From assembly GCA_044221525.1 (NCBI GenBank), contig JBGAPB010000001.1, positions 1,892 to 65,891 of the forward strand: a stretch of DNA of 64,000 nucleotides, read 5' to 3'. Position numbers and translations under genes: made by a program. Source of the DNA: Blastocatellia bacterium (GTDB taxonomy: Bacteria; Acidobacteriota; Blastocatellia; RBC074). Below, piece after piece: positions 39,869 through 50,502 of this stretch. Numbering within the stretch: the first letter of the stretch is position 1; each line of letters opens with the position of its first letter. The notes under the pieces are model-generated. The model saw nothing but the letters and a program-made list of their open reading frames with translations, made no database searches and was not told the origin of the DNA.

Positions 39869-40312
39869 AAAGAGTAAATCGAAACCACTGTTTACATACT
39901 TAAAGTTATTGAAAGTCAGATTCAACTTAAGTGAATTGGCATTGTACAGACTGTGGACAGGATGAAAAGCCCAAAAATTCATTTGGGGAAAGAAAGGAAG
40001 GCTACCGATGAAAAATCGGTAGCCTTTTTGAGACACAGGACTAGGCAGCTAAGTTGTTTAGCAGGGTACAGTGACCACCTCAATTTTCCCTCAATGAGTC
40101 GTTAAACTTGCCTAAAATCTTTGAATTCAAAATCTAACTGACAGCTAACACTGGGATAACTTTGGCTGAACATATGACAACTATATTTTGTACGAACAAT
40201 CCGGCCAGCGAAGGTGCTGGCCTTTAGATGGGGAACCGAAAAATAAGGAGCAAAGGGTTGGTTCTAAAGCTGGCCGGATTGTTCAGCAAATTGTCAGATT
40301 CATATCAAATTT

Positions 40313-41116
40313 ATGCTCGCAACAATTCAAACCCAACAAATTCACTCGATTCGCACAGGCAAGCTGGAAGTAAGGCTGGCTAGAACTATCACTGAACTTG
40401 ATGCGGCAATGAAGCTGCGCTTCGAGGTCTTCAACCTTGAATTGCAAGAGGGGTTGCGCTCTTCCTACGAACGTGGCTACGACACCGACGCTTATGATGC
40501 CTATTGCGATCACTTAATCGTTAAGGACTTGGAGCTTGGCGAAATTGTCGGCACTTACCGGTTGCTACAACAGAAAGTCGCAGACAAAAACATCGGCTTC
40601 TATTCAGAGAATGAGTTCGATCTGGAAATTCTGAAAAGCTCAGTAAAAGCTAAAGGCGGTGAACTTCTGGAACTTGGCCGTTCGTGCATTGCCGAATCGC
40701 ATCGCTCTTTCGCGACGATCAACCTGCTGTGGAGCGCGATTGTTCGTTATGCCGTTGAGCGCAGAATTACTCATCTGTTTGGTTGCGGCAGTCTTCATCT
40801 TACGGACACAAGCGAAGTTCAACAGGTTTATTCGTATCTGCGGGCTAAGCACCTGGCGGCGAAAGAATACAGCGTTTATCCGTTGGGCAGTTGCCGTATG
40901 GCTGTTGGAGAAGAAGCCGAGCCAGAGATTGATGCGCGTCTGGCAATTAAGAAGCTTTCGCCGATTCTGAAAGGTTATTTGCGAACCGGTGCGGTCATCT
41001 GCGGTGCTCCGGCCTATGACGCAGAGTTTGGCACGGCTGATGTGCTGGTGCTGGTCGAAGTTGCCAAGATGGCAGACCGTTATAAGCAGCATTATGCGAT
41101 GGCGGCTTGCCAATGA
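40313..41116 (+). CDS. GNAT-fold N-acyltransferase of the OlsB/hemolysin-like family (ornithine/amino-acid N-acyltransferase)
   Basis: LRFEVF…DAYDAYCDHLIV…GEIVGTYRLL pattern. Confidence 0.55.
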   Translation: MLATIQTQQIHSIRTGKLEVRLARTITELDAAMKLRFEVFNLELQEGLRSSYERGYDTDAYDAYCDHLIVKDLELGEIVGTYRLLQQKVADKNIGFYSENEFDLEILKSSVKAKGGELLELGRSCIAESHRSFATINLLWSAIVRYAVERRITHLFGCGSLHLTDTSEVQQVYSYLRAKHLAAKEYSVYPLGSCRMAVGEEAEPEIDARLAIKKLSPILKGYLRTGAVICGAPAYDAEFGTADVLVLVEVAKMADRYKQHYAMAACQ

Positions 41117-41178
41117 GGTCAGTCGCTGATGCACGGATAAAGTTGCCAGGCAATGATTGGCAATTGCCGGGAGGAGTT

Positions 41179-41403
41179 ATGTCAAGACGGATATTAAATG
41201 AGTGCGCATACTGCACTGATGGAATTGAAACTGATAACGGAATGATTGGTAGAGACAGAAAGGTTTATTGCTCAGACTTTTGCGTTGAAAAAGGCGAAGC
41301 TCTTTCTGAACGCGAATGGCGGCGGTTAATGAGTGTGGTCACAACAACGCGAACCTATGCATTGCCCGATCAATCCGCTCGTCCGGCTCAGACTTTACCT
41401 TGA
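41179..41403 (+). CDS. Small Cys4 zinc-ribbon-like hypothetical protein
   Basis: CAYC…CSDFC. Confidence 0.25.
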   Translation: MSRRILNECAYCTDGIETDNGMIGRDRKVYCSDFCVEKGEALSEREWRRLMSVVTTTRTYALPDQSARPAQTLP

Positions 41404-41729
41404 TTTGATCTCATCTTGAGCTTGATTTAACAGTCACCTTACCTTGACTTAACTGCTTATTGATAGAGTCCTCGCCTACCGCAATCAAATCATAAAAGTA
41501 GATAACGGGTTCAAGGTAGTGTTTTGGAAATGATGGTGTGGGTTTACCACAATGCCTGCAAGCCGACTAAATCCTGTCCTGGTTCTAGCAGAGTGCCACA
41601 TCATCGTTTCCAAAACATTACTTGATCTCAAAAACATTTCGATTACGGGCAGACTTTTAACGTGCGGGCTGATTCAGCCTAAAACTCCAAAAGCTTTTGC
41701 CCGATCGGAGTCAACAGGAGAGACATTAA

Positions 41730-44700
41730 ATGAGTTCACAAAGATTCAAATTGTCGGGCTTTTTTCTCAACATATCAGTCGTCCTTTTTGCGTTAACGAT
41801 TGTTGCGTTCGGCCAAACCGACCAGGCGCGAATATCCGGTATTGTCAAAGATCAAACCGGCGCGGTTATTCCGGGCGCAAATGTCACTGTCAAAAACGAG
41901 CGCACTGGCGAAGTTCGCACAGCGACTTCAAACCAGGATGGTGGCTTTGCAATCACGAATCTGAAGCCATCCAGTTATATTGTTTCAGTTGCGTCAGCCA
42001 ATTTCGCCAAGACCGATTACACCAATATCGAACTGGTTGTCGGTCAGGAGCTTAACCTGGAAGTTGAGTTGAAACCGGTTGGCGCGTCTGAGACGGTCAA
42101 CATCGTAGGCGGCGAAGATGTTGCGCTGGATTCAAGTTCAGCGCGAATGGGGGCGAACGTCAATCAGCGCGAAGTCGGCGGTTTGCCTTTGAATGGCCGT
42201 CAATTGTCGCAGCTTTATTTACAAGCGCCTGGCGCGCTAAACAGCGGTTCTGGCACATTCGGCGATATCCGGTTTTCGGGGCGAGCTGTCCAGCAAAATG
42301 CGATCCGTTACGATGGCGTCGAAGGTTCAGCTATCATTGACGCTTCACCCGGCAATCTGAACGGTGAGATTCCTTCGCCTTTCCGTCTTCAGGCTTCGCT
42401 AGAAAACGTGCAGGAATTTCGTGTTGATTCAAACAGTTATCCGGCTGAATACGGAACCGGCACGGGCGGCCAAGTCAGCGTAGTCACCAAATCGGGTGGC
42501 AATCAATATCACGGTTCTGTTTTTGAATACCTGCGAAACGACAAGCTTGATTCGCGCAACTGGTTTGACCGTGGCACGAAATCGCCGCTGCGGTTGAATC
42601 AATTCGGAGCTTCGTTGGGAGGAGCAATAGTCAAAGACAAGCTCTTTTTCTTTGGCAGCTACGAAGGGTACCGTCTGCGTTCAGGCATCAATTTCTTTGA
42701 AGCCGTGCCCAGCGCCGCCGCTTGCGCGCGCGCTGTTGCCGCCGTGAAAGCGATTTGCGAACAGGGTTTTAAGAGCAGCAAGGCCGTCACTTTCCCAGGC
42801 ACTTCGACCAACCCGGATTTCGATATTGCGCTGCTTAATGCCAGCAATCCGGTCAACGAGAATTCCGGCGCGTTGCGACTCGATTACAAAGCCAGCGACC
42901 GTAATTCGTTTTATGTTCGCTTTTTCCGCGATCAAGGAAACAACGATCAACCGCAGAACGTTTCGGGCAGCCGTGCGGTCATCAAATCGGTTCCGCAAAA
43001 CGGCGTCTTTGCCTGGCAGAGCCTCTTTGGCCAGAAGGTCAATGAATTCAAGCTTGGTTATAACGGCGCTTTGACGCGAGTTTCGGGCGTTGCGCCGACG
43101 GTCAGCGGCATTGACCTGTCGGGTGTGACCATCAATCTGAGCGGCAGCGTGGCCAATAGCGGCATTGCCGGACAGGGTGCATCGTCGGGTATTTCAGTGC
43201 CGGGCGGATTGGTGCGCGCCAACAGCGCGACCAATGGCCGTGGCGCTCCGTATACGCCTTACACCATCGGGTTGATTGACAGCCTGGCGTGGTTGCGCGG
43301 CAATCACAATCTCAAATTCGGCGGCGAAGTTCGTTTTGTGCGCGCTTACACTGATCGTTTGGGCGGCACGACCTACAGCTTCTCAAACATCACAAATTTT
43401 CTGGCCAATAATGCTGCCACCGTTCAATACCTGGGAGACCTGAGCGCGGCCAGCCTGTTCAACAACGGAGCGACCGGCGAGCGGTTTGCCAAGCAAGAGT
43501 TTTACATTGGCTACGCGCAGGATGAATGGAAGATTCGCCCGAATCTGACCTTTAATTACGGTTTGCGCTACGAATACTTTTCGCCGTTGCGCGAAGACCA
43601 AGATAGACAAGTCGTTTTTGATATTTACAGCGGAACCATCCTGCCTTCGAACGTGATCCCATTGAAGGCAAACAAAAATAATTTCGCGCCACGTTTGTCA
43701 CTTGCCTGGTCGCCAAAAGAGAAAAGCACAGGTTGGATTGGCGGTGGCAAAACCGTGATTCGCGCGGGCTTTGGCATCAACTATGGCCCTGGCCAGATGG
43801 AAGACCAGATTCAGCCGATTGAATCCGACCGCGTCAGCACGACGTTGAGCAACGTTAACAATGCGTTTCCAGTCAATCAGGCGACACTGGTTTCCAATTT
43901 TTCCAGCAACCCTAACAACCGCGGATTCCAACCGCGCGCTTACGACATTCAGAATTACACCTTCCCGGAACGCATCTTTTCTTACACGGTTTCGGTTCAG
44001 CAGGAATTGCCTTTCAAGCTGGGCCTGACTGTGGCCTATGTCGGCAGCCAGGGACGCAATTTGTTCCTGCGCAGCGTGGCCAATAACATTACGTCAGTGC
44101 TGACCAACGTCAATCCGGCCAGCAATGCCATTGTTATTCGTGAGTTTTCGATTGTGACGCCGGGCGCGGCTGGCACAAATCCGACGGTGCTGAATCCGTT
44201 TGCTGAAGTTGATTACAAACGCAGCGGAGGCCACGACAGCTACAATGCTTTGCAGGCGACACTGGCGCGTCGCTTCAATTCTGGTGTGACACTCAACGCG
44301 CAATACACTTTCGGAAAAAGTTACGGCAACACCGCTGGCTCGAACGAAGCCTCGACGGTGGCAAACAATGCGCGCAATACCGCCGACTTCGATTACGACA
44401 ACGGCTACAACAACTTTGACGTTCGGCACACTTTCAATGTCAGCGCTATTTATGCGCTGCCATTCGGCAAGAATTTGACAGGCGTCAGCAAGAGCGTGTT
44501 AAGTGGCTGGGAAGTCGGCACGATCCTGAATTCGCGCAGCGGATTGCCCGTTCCTGTGCAAATTGTCCGGCCTGACGTGGTTTATGTGGACGCAGCCGGA
44601 TTGGTCTATCAAACTCCGGCGGCGGGTCGCTCGGCAGTCATCAACACGCCGCGCGGTGGGGCTTCGCGCAACGTTCGCCGTCCAGACCTGATTCCGGGCG

Positions 44701-45095
44701 TCAATCCTTTCCTGAATTCAGATCGAACTGTTCTGAATCCGGCGGCCTTTGCGGCTCCTAAGCCGGGCACATTCGGCAACCTGGAGCGCAATTCCATTCA
44801 CGGGCCAAACTTCTTTCAGCAGGATGTGATCCTGGCCAAGAAGTTCGCCATCACTGAAACGATGAACATCGAGTTCCGCACTGAAGTCTTCAACATCTTC
44901 AACGTGACGAACTTCGCCAACCCTCCGGGGACGTTACCGAACGTGCTTGGAACGGGCACGAATCAATTGCAGCCTGGGCAGGCCTTCACGGCTGCGGCGG
45001 CTGGAACCTTCGGCATTCTCAATCGCACGGTTGAGCGCACGGTTGGACTTGGCACAAATCGCCAGATTCAATTTGCGTTGCGGCTGAATTTCTAG
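41730..45095 (+). CDS. TonB-dependent-receptor-like outer-membrane β-barrel with N-terminal carboxypeptidase-regulatory-like domain
   Basis: AGGAGAG SD; signal peptide; ISGIVKDQTGAVIPGANVTV…; C-terminal …LRLNF. Confidence 0.75.
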   Translation: MSSQRFKLSGFFLNISVVLFALTIVAFGQTDQARISGIVKDQTGAVIPGANVTVKNERTGEVRTATSNQDGGFAITNLKPSSYIVSVASANFAKTDYTNIELVVGQELNLEVELKPVGASETVNIVGGEDVALDSSSARMGANVNQREVGGLPLNGRQLSQLYLQAPGALNSGSGTFGDIRFSGRAVQQNAIRYDGVEGSAIIDASPGNLNGEIPSPFRLQASLENVQEFRVDSNSYPAEYGTGTGGQVSVVTKSGGNQYHGSVFEYLRNDKLDSRNWFDRGTKSPLRLNQFGASLGGAIVKDKLFFFGSYEGYRLRSGINFFEAVPSAAACARAVAAVKAICEQGFKSSKAVTFPGTSTNPDFDIALLNASNPVNENSGALRLDYKASDRNSFYVRFFRDQGNNDQPQNVSGSRAVIKSVPQNGVFAWQSLFGQKVNEFKLGYNGALTRVSGVAPTVSGIDLSGVTINLSGSVANSGIAGQGASSGISVPGGLVRANSATNGRGAPYTPYTIGLIDSLAWLRGNHNLKFGGEVRFVRAYTDRLGGTTYSFSNITNFLANNAATVQYLGDLSAASLFNNGATGERFAKQEFYIGYAQDEWKIRPNLTFNYGLRYEYFSPLREDQDRQVVFDIYSGTILPSNVIPLKANKNNFAPRLSLAWSPKEKSTGWIGGGKTVIRAGFGINYGPGQMEDQIQPIESDRVSTTLSNVNNAFPVNQATLVSNFSSNPNNRGFQPRAYDIQNYTFPERIFSYTVSVQQELPFKLGLTVAYVGSQGRNLFLRSVANNITSVLTNVNPASNAIVIREFSIVTPGAAGTNPTVLNPFAEVDYKRSGGHDSYNALQATLARRFNSGVTLNAQYTFGKSYGNTAGSNEASTVANNARNTADFDYDNGYNNFDVRHTFNVSAIYALPFGKNLTGVSKSVLSGWEVGTILNSRSGLPVPVQIVRPDVVYVDAAGLVYQTPAAGRSAVINTPRGGASRNVRRPDLIPGVNPFLNSDRTVLNPAAFAAPKPGTFGNLERNSIHGPNFFQQDVILAKKFAITETMNIEFRTEVFNIFNVTNFANPPGTLPNVLGTGTNQLQPGQAFTAAAAGTFGILNRTVERTVGLGTNRQIQFALRLNF

Positions 45096-45131
45096 CTTTA
45101 CTTTGGTTAGTACCACGTGCTGTGGCTTGAT

Positions 45132-45186
45132 GGGATTCGATTTTGCTTGTTGAAAAGACAGGCAAAATCGAATCCCTTTTTTCTGT
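45132..45186 (+). terminator. Strong rho-independent terminator (15-bp perfect stem plus T run)
   Basis: gggattcgattttgc…gcaaaatcgaatccc tttttt. Confidence 0.75.
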
Positions 45187-45338
45187 TTTGGTTGTTCATC
45201 GTTTGGCGTCGCGCAAATTAACACTGATTCAAACCTCTTCTAACTTCGACTTAACTCCTGCCTAGTAAATTCAAACTTACATATCCAAGTATTACGTCAC
45301 ACAAAAACAATTCAAATTTCGAATAGGAGTAAAGACCC

Positions 45339-48329
45339 ATGCGAGTTGCTCGCTTTCTTATCAACTTCAAATCGGGTTTGGCCGGAATGGCTCAAATCAT
45401 CAACCGAACAGCTTTGGCTATGGCCTTTGTTGCGATTGCCGGAATTACTGTTTTCGCTCAATCCGAATCAGGAAGCGCCGCCATTGAGGGCACGATCACT
45501 GACCAGAACGCACAAGCAATCAAAGGCGTGACGGTCATGATTCGCAATCAAGAAACCGGTTACACCCGGCATTTGACTACAGATTATCGCGGCCAATTTA
45601 TTGCCAGCGTAATGCCTGTTGGTATTTATGTCGTGAAGGCAACCGCAATAGGATTTGCAAATGTCCAACGTGAAAATGTGAGACTGACTGTGGGCAACAC
45701 AGAAACCATCAACCTATCGTTAAAGGTAGCTTCAATTGCTGAAGAAGTGGTTGTGACTTCAGAGTCCACTGTTTTGGATTCCGAAGAATCCGCCACCGGC
45801 ACGACTATCGGGCAACGTTCTGTCACCGAATTGCCGATTCGTGGACGCAACTTCACGGACTTTATTCAACTGACACCGGGCATCGTTCAGGATTCAGACC
45901 GTAAAGGTTTGGTCATTGCAGGACAGCGTTCAATCAATTCCAACATCGCGTTGGACGGCGCAGATTTTAACGACGCTTTGCAGGGTAATCAGCGCGGCGG
46001 CAATGACGCGGTGTTTTTCTTTCCGCAAACTGCCATCCGCGAATTCCAGGTTGTGCGTTCTGGCGCGTCTGCCGAAGTTGGGCGAACCGGCGCTGGTTTC
46101 GTCAATGCGGTCACCAAATCCGGCACAAACCAATTTCACGGTGAAGCTCTTTACCTGAATCGTAATCCGAACCTGACTTCGAATGATGCATTCGGCAACA
46201 AGGGCAACAATCAGCAGAACCAGTTTGGCGGATCTGTCGGTGGCGCGCTGAAAAAAGATCGCGCATTCTTTTTCATCGGTGCTGAGCAGAACTTTCTGCG
46301 CATTCCGTACTTCGTTCGCTTTGCAGCACCAGCCGCAGGCTTGACGGTTCCAGCAGACATTGCAAATCTGCAAGGCGAGCATACCAGCACAAACAATCCG
46401 ACAGCAGTGTTTGCGCGCACCGACTTCATTCTTTCCCAGCAAAACACACTCAATATTCAATATACTTACGCGCGATTTCATGGTGAAAATTTCGGCGCAC
46501 TGGCTGACGGAACCACACTGACTGATAATTTTGCTTCAACCAATTACAAGGCGGCTAATTCCAGCAACGGCGTCAAGCTTGGGTTGGTGACGGTTTTTGA
46601 CGCGCGCATGGTTAACGAATTCCGAGCGCAGATCGCCACGGATCACCGTCTGGAAGAGCCGAATGTGATTGGTCCGGAAATTCGCATTGATAACTTCGGT
46701 AGGTTTGGAAATTCCAGCAGTCGCCCTCGTCGCTGGGAAACCGAACGTTACCAGCTTTCCGATAACCTGAGCTTGAATGCGGGCGCGCATCGGTTTCGCT
46801 TCGGGGCGGACTTGAACCTCAACGATTTCACCGCCCAACGTCAGTCAGATTACCTGGGTACGTGGCGTTTCAGCAGTCTGGCCGACTTCCTGAACGGCAT
46901 TCCGCGTCGTCTTACTCAAACTGTTGTGCTGTTTCCTGATTTGATTGTCGCCAAAGGCTCGCAAAAGGAATTGGCATTTTTTGCTCAGGATCGCATCAAG
47001 CTTTCAAGGTCACTGACGCTGACTGCCGGATTGCGTTGGGAAGGTCAATGGAACCCGCAGCCAGTGCGCCCGAACCCGGCGCTACGCGAAACCACATTCA
47101 TCCCGAACGATCTGGAGATGTGGCAACCACGTCTTGGGCTGGCCTGGGATCCGGGTGACAACGGTCGCACCGTCGTCCGTTTGTCGGCTGGGCTTTATGA
47201 TTCGCGCACACCTTCAGTACTGTTCTTGCGAGTGTTTACCAACAACGATCTGGTGACAAAGGATTACAGCTTTGACGAACGCAGCGGCGCGTGCCGCACG
47301 GCGCTTGGGGCGGCCATTCCTGCAAACTGCGTGTTCCGCGGAACGGGCGCAATCGTCACTTATCCAAACATTCTGAACGCTGTTCCAGCCTTGCCGACGG
47401 GAATCGGCAACCGTGTGCAGTCGCGCGTTTTCGGGTTCCAGCCCGACTTCGTTAATCCGCGAACTTTCCAAACTTCGGCCACGGTCGAACAGAGTCTGGG
47501 CAAAGATTTCAGCTTGTCGGTTGGCTACGTTCACAGTTCCGCGTGGAATTTGCAGCGTCGTATTGATAAGAATTTGGGTGCCCCGACGATTGACGCAGCG
47601 ACAGGTTATCCTCGCTTTCTGGCGGCGCGTCCCAATCCAACTATCGGAGTTTTTTCGATCAACGAATCGTCGGCGCATTCAAACTACGATGCCTTGTTAG
47701 TGAATCTGCAAAGACGTTTTGCTAAGCGTTACCAAGTCGGCTTCAATTACACATTCGCCGATAATCAGGATGACGATTCCAACGAACGCAACTTTTCGCG
47801 CGAAACAGTTCTGAATCCATTCGACCTGAAAGCCGAAGCCGGGCCGTCGAAACAGGATGTGCGTCACAACTTCAATTTTAACGGGCTGGTTGATCTGGGC
47901 GCAGGCTTTACGCTGAGCGGCATTCTGATCACACGTTCCGGCTTTCCATACACAGCGGTTGTGGGCGACGATATTCAAGGCGACAACAACACCGACAACG
48001 ACCGCGCAGTCATCAACGGGCGCGTAGTCGGGCGCAACACGCTCCGCCAGCCGAAGTTTTTCAACCTGGATTTGCGATTGCTGAAATCGTTTAATCTGAG
48101 TGAAAACGTGCGACTGGCTTTCACGGCAGAGTTCTTCAATGTGACACGAGCATCTAACAAAAACTTCGGCGTGGATGGGATCAGCGTTTACGGAAATGCT
48201 GGAAATAATTTACCGGCTGTCAACGTGCCGACCGTGTTCCCATTGCCGGGCGAAGCGTTCACTGCGCCTTCAACGGCAAGGTTTGGAGGGCCGCGCCAAC
48301 TGCAACTTGGCGCTCGGTTAGTATTCTGA
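45339..48329 (+). CDS. Second TonB-dependent-receptor-like OM protein with carboxypeptidase-regulatory-like domain
   Basis: AGGAG SD; IEGTITDQNAQAIKGVTVMI…; C-terminal …GARLVF. Confidence 0.75.
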   Translation: MRVARFLINFKSGLAGMAQIINRTALAMAFVAIAGITVFAQSESGSAAIEGTITDQNAQAIKGVTVMIRNQETGYTRHLTTDYRGQFIASVMPVGIYVVKATAIGFANVQRENVRLTVGNTETINLSLKVASIAEEVVVTSESTVLDSEESATGTTIGQRSVTELPIRGRNFTDFIQLTPGIVQDSDRKGLVIAGQRSINSNIALDGADFNDALQGNQRGGNDAVFFFPQTAIREFQVVRSGASAEVGRTGAGFVNAVTKSGTNQFHGEALYLNRNPNLTSNDAFGNKGNNQQNQFGGSVGGALKKDRAFFFIGAEQNFLRIPYFVRFAAPAAGLTVPADIANLQGEHTSTNNPTAVFARTDFILSQQNTLNIQYTYARFHGENFGALADGTTLTDNFASTNYKAANSSNGVKLGLVTVFDARMVNEFRAQIATDHRLEEPNVIGPEIRIDNFGRFGNSSSRPRRWETERYQLSDNLSLNAGAHRFRFGADLNLNDFTAQRQSDYLGTWRFSSLADFLNGIPRRLTQTVVLFPDLIVAKGSQKELAFFAQDRIKLSRSLTLTAGLRWEGQWNPQPVRPNPALRETTFIPNDLEMWQPRLGLAWDPGDNGRTVVRLSAGLYDSRTPSVLFLRVFTNNDLVTKDYSFDERSGACRTALGAAIPANCVFRGTGAIVTYPNILNAVPALPTGIGNRVQSRVFGFQPDFVNPRTFQTSATVEQSLGKDFSLSVGYVHSSAWNLQRRIDKNLGAPTIDAATGYPRFLAARPNPTIGVFSINESSAHSNYDALLVNLQRRFAKRYQVGFNYTFADNQDDDSNERNFSRETVLNPFDLKAEAGPSKQDVRHNFNFNGLVDLGAGFTLSGILITRSGFPYTAVVGDDIQGDNNTDNDRAVINGRVVGRNTLRQPKFFNLDLRLLKSFNLSENVRLAFTAEFFNVTRASNKNFGVDGISVYGNAGNNLPAVNVPTVFPLPGEAFTAPSTARFGGPRQLQLGARLVF

Positions 48330-48409
48330 AAACCTTGGTTGTCTAGGGAATCAGGCTGGCTGGTGGTTTAACTGCCGGTCAGCCTGAATTCAATTTATGG
48401 AGATGCAAA

Positions 48410-49204
48410 ATGAGCCTTGCTAAACGAATCATTGCCGAAACCATTGGCACCACTTTGCTATTGGCAGCAGTGATTGGTTCGGGAATTATGGGCGATCGGT
48501 TGTCAGGTGGAAATGTGGCAATTGCGTTGCTTGCCAACACGCTGGCAACAGGGGCCGCTCTGGTTGCGCTGATTCTGACTTTTGGAACAATTTCTGGCGC
48601 TCATTTCAACCCGGCTGTGACGCTGGCCAATGCCAGGCAGGGAAGTTTGGCTTGGAATGAAGTGCCTGGTTACATCGCTGCACAAATAATCGGAGCTTTT
48701 GCCGGGGGCGCCACTGCTCAGTTGATGTTTGGTATGCCAATTTTTTTCGCTTCGCATAAAGTTCGCGCGGGCGGAGCGCAGATGTTCAGTGAATTCGTTG
48801 CAACGTTCGGATTACTGGCAGTGATTTTGGGAGTTTCCAGAAGTAAGAACACTGTCGTGCCATTTGCTGTTGCCGCCTACATCACAGCGGCGTATTGGTT
48901 TACGTCTTCGACTTCGTTTGCCAACCCAGCTGTGACTCTGGCGCGTGCGGCAAGCGACACCTTTGCGGGAATCAGGATGGCTGATGTGCCGGGGTTTGTA
49001 GTTGCCCAGCTTTTAGGCGCAATGGCTGCGGTTTGGTTATTCAATTGGTTGCTGCCAGTTGAGAAACAAACCATGCAAAAAGACGAATCATGTTGCGAAG
49101 AAGTCGAGGCATTACAGAGTGCGCTCGCCACTGTCTTTCAACCGGAACAGAATTCGCGAACAGGGCGAGAACAAGGAAATCTTTCCAGTCAGCAAGCAAA
49201 GTAA
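48410..49204 (+). CDS. Aquaglyceroporin (MIP family), AqpS-like
   Basis: Two NPA boxes ([18 protein letters not shown]). Confidence 0.85.
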   Translation: MSLAKRIIAETIGTTLLLAAVIGSGIMGDRLSGGNVAIALLANTLATGAALVALILTFGTISGAHFNPAVTLANARQGSLAWNEVPGYIAAQIIGAFAGGATAQLMFGMPIFFASHKVRAGGAQMFSEFVATFGLLAVILGVSRSKNTVVPFAVAAYITAAYWFTSSTSFANPAVTLARAASDTFAGIRMADVPGFVVAQLLGAMAAVWLFNWLLPVEKQTMQKDESCCEEVEALQSALATVFQPEQNSRTGREQGNLSSQQAK

Positions 49205-49217
49205 AAAGAGGGAACTG

Positions 49218-49652
49218 ATGAGTGAAAAAAAGAGGGTTTTGATTCTTTGCACAGGCAATTCGGCGCGCAGTCAGATGGCTGAGGGCATTATGAGACACGA
49301 CGGAGAAGAGGCTTTTGAAGTTTTCAGCGCCGGCACTCGCGCCAGTTTCGTTCGGCCAGAAGCGATTCAGGCAATGGCGGAAATCGGGATTGATATTTCA
49401 GGCCACCGGTCAAAAAACGTAGACGAATTCATGGGGCAGAGCTTTGATTTCGTCATTACAGTTTGCGACCACGCCAACGAAGTTTGCCCTGTGTTTCCCG
49501 GAAAGTCCGAGCGCATTCATCACAGCTTTGAAGACCCTCCGGCGCCCGGCATGGCCGATGCTGAAACTGCGTTGGCAGTGTTTCGTCGAGTCAGAGATGA
49601 GATTCGATTGTGGTTGAGAGAATTCATTCGGCAGCACAGTCAGGTTTGTTGA
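49218..49652 (+). CDS. arsC: Arsenate reductase, LMW-PTP/thioredoxin-coupled type
   Basis: CTGNSARSQMAEG P-loop and downstream Cys. Confidence 0.8.
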   Translation: MSEKKRVLILCTGNSARSQMAEGIMRHDGEEAFEVFSAGTRASFVRPEAIQAMAEIGIDISGHRSKNVDEFMGQSFDFVITVCDHANEVCPVFPGKSERIHHSFEDPPAPGMADAETALAVFRRVRDEIRLWLREFIRQHSQVC

Positions 49653-49748
49653 CTTGCTCTGTATTTTGGGAAATTGCATCACCGTGGTTTGGCCGTTAGA
49701 CTGCGCCCTGCTCGTGAGCGTTATTCCAAATTATCAGGAGACAATTTA

Positions 49749-50315
49749 ATGAATCAATCGAAGCCGACAGGGGCAACGCCCGTCCGTCTGGTTCAGATCG
49801 AAGGGGTCAAGAAACAAGACGGGCAACAAGCTGAACTCAATATCCCAGTTTTGACCGACCGCCAGATTTTTCAAAAGAAAGCCTACGTTGGCTATCGCAA
49901 AATCATCGGCTTCTTTTATACCAGTCATTCTTATGGCGCGACACGGCGCTGGTTGTTTTCGCATATTCTGCCGGACAAGGTTCTGTATCGCTGGAAACCC
50001 TACTTGCGCGGCGAGTGCAATCGTTGCGGAGCCTGCTGCAAAATCGTTTACCAGTGCTCGTTTTATTATGAAAGCGAGGACTCATCGGCTTGTTCCATCT
50101 ACACATCGGAAAAGCATGCGCCGACTGCCTGTGTCACCTTCCCATTTGATCCGACTGATCTGGACGAAGTGAAGCGCGAGATTCTGCCGGGGACTTGTCC
50201 TTTTTACTTTGAAGGCCAGCCGGAACATCCGACAACCTGGGGAGCGTTGAAAGCCGAAATTCGCGCAGCGTTGGGCAAACGCGTAGACAAGTTGAAAGAG
50301 ATATTTGAGTTTTGA
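49749..50315 (+). CDS. YkgJ-family CxxCGxCC cysteine-cluster protein
   Basis: AGGAGA SD; CNRCGACCK. Confidence 0.5.
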   Translation: MNQSKPTGATPVRLVQIEGVKKQDGQQAELNIPVLTDRQIFQKKAYVGYRKIIGFFYTSHSYGATRRWLFSHILPDKVLYRWKPYLRGECNRCGACCKIVYQCSFYYESEDSSACSIYTSEKHAPTACVTFPFDPTDLDEVKREILPGTCPFYFEGQPEHPTTWGALKAEIRAALGKRVDKLKEIFEF

Positions 50316-50502
50316 GAGAGAAGCAGTTTCTATCGCGAAGGCACACAAAGAAGGCACGGAGAAAGGCAGGAGGAGAAACAGGATTTACAAGATTGAACAG
50401 GATTGGATTTAACGACTCAATCGAACTCTTTATCCTGTTGTCCAAAGTTTTTCTTCTTTGTGTTTTCTTGCTTAAACTTCGTGCGGAAATTTTTTTGGCT
50501 GC

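Noticed and set aside
39869-40036. N-terminal 56-codon extension of feoB
   Set aside because: The extension is hydrophobic and aromatic-rich but not protein-like (FFIGSLPFFPQMNFWAF…). FeoB homology begins at MSTITL. The true start remains uncertain.
42659-48160. Numerous minus-strand ORFs within the two TonB-dependent receptor genes
   Set aside because: They are antisense artefacts of long GC-rich genes.
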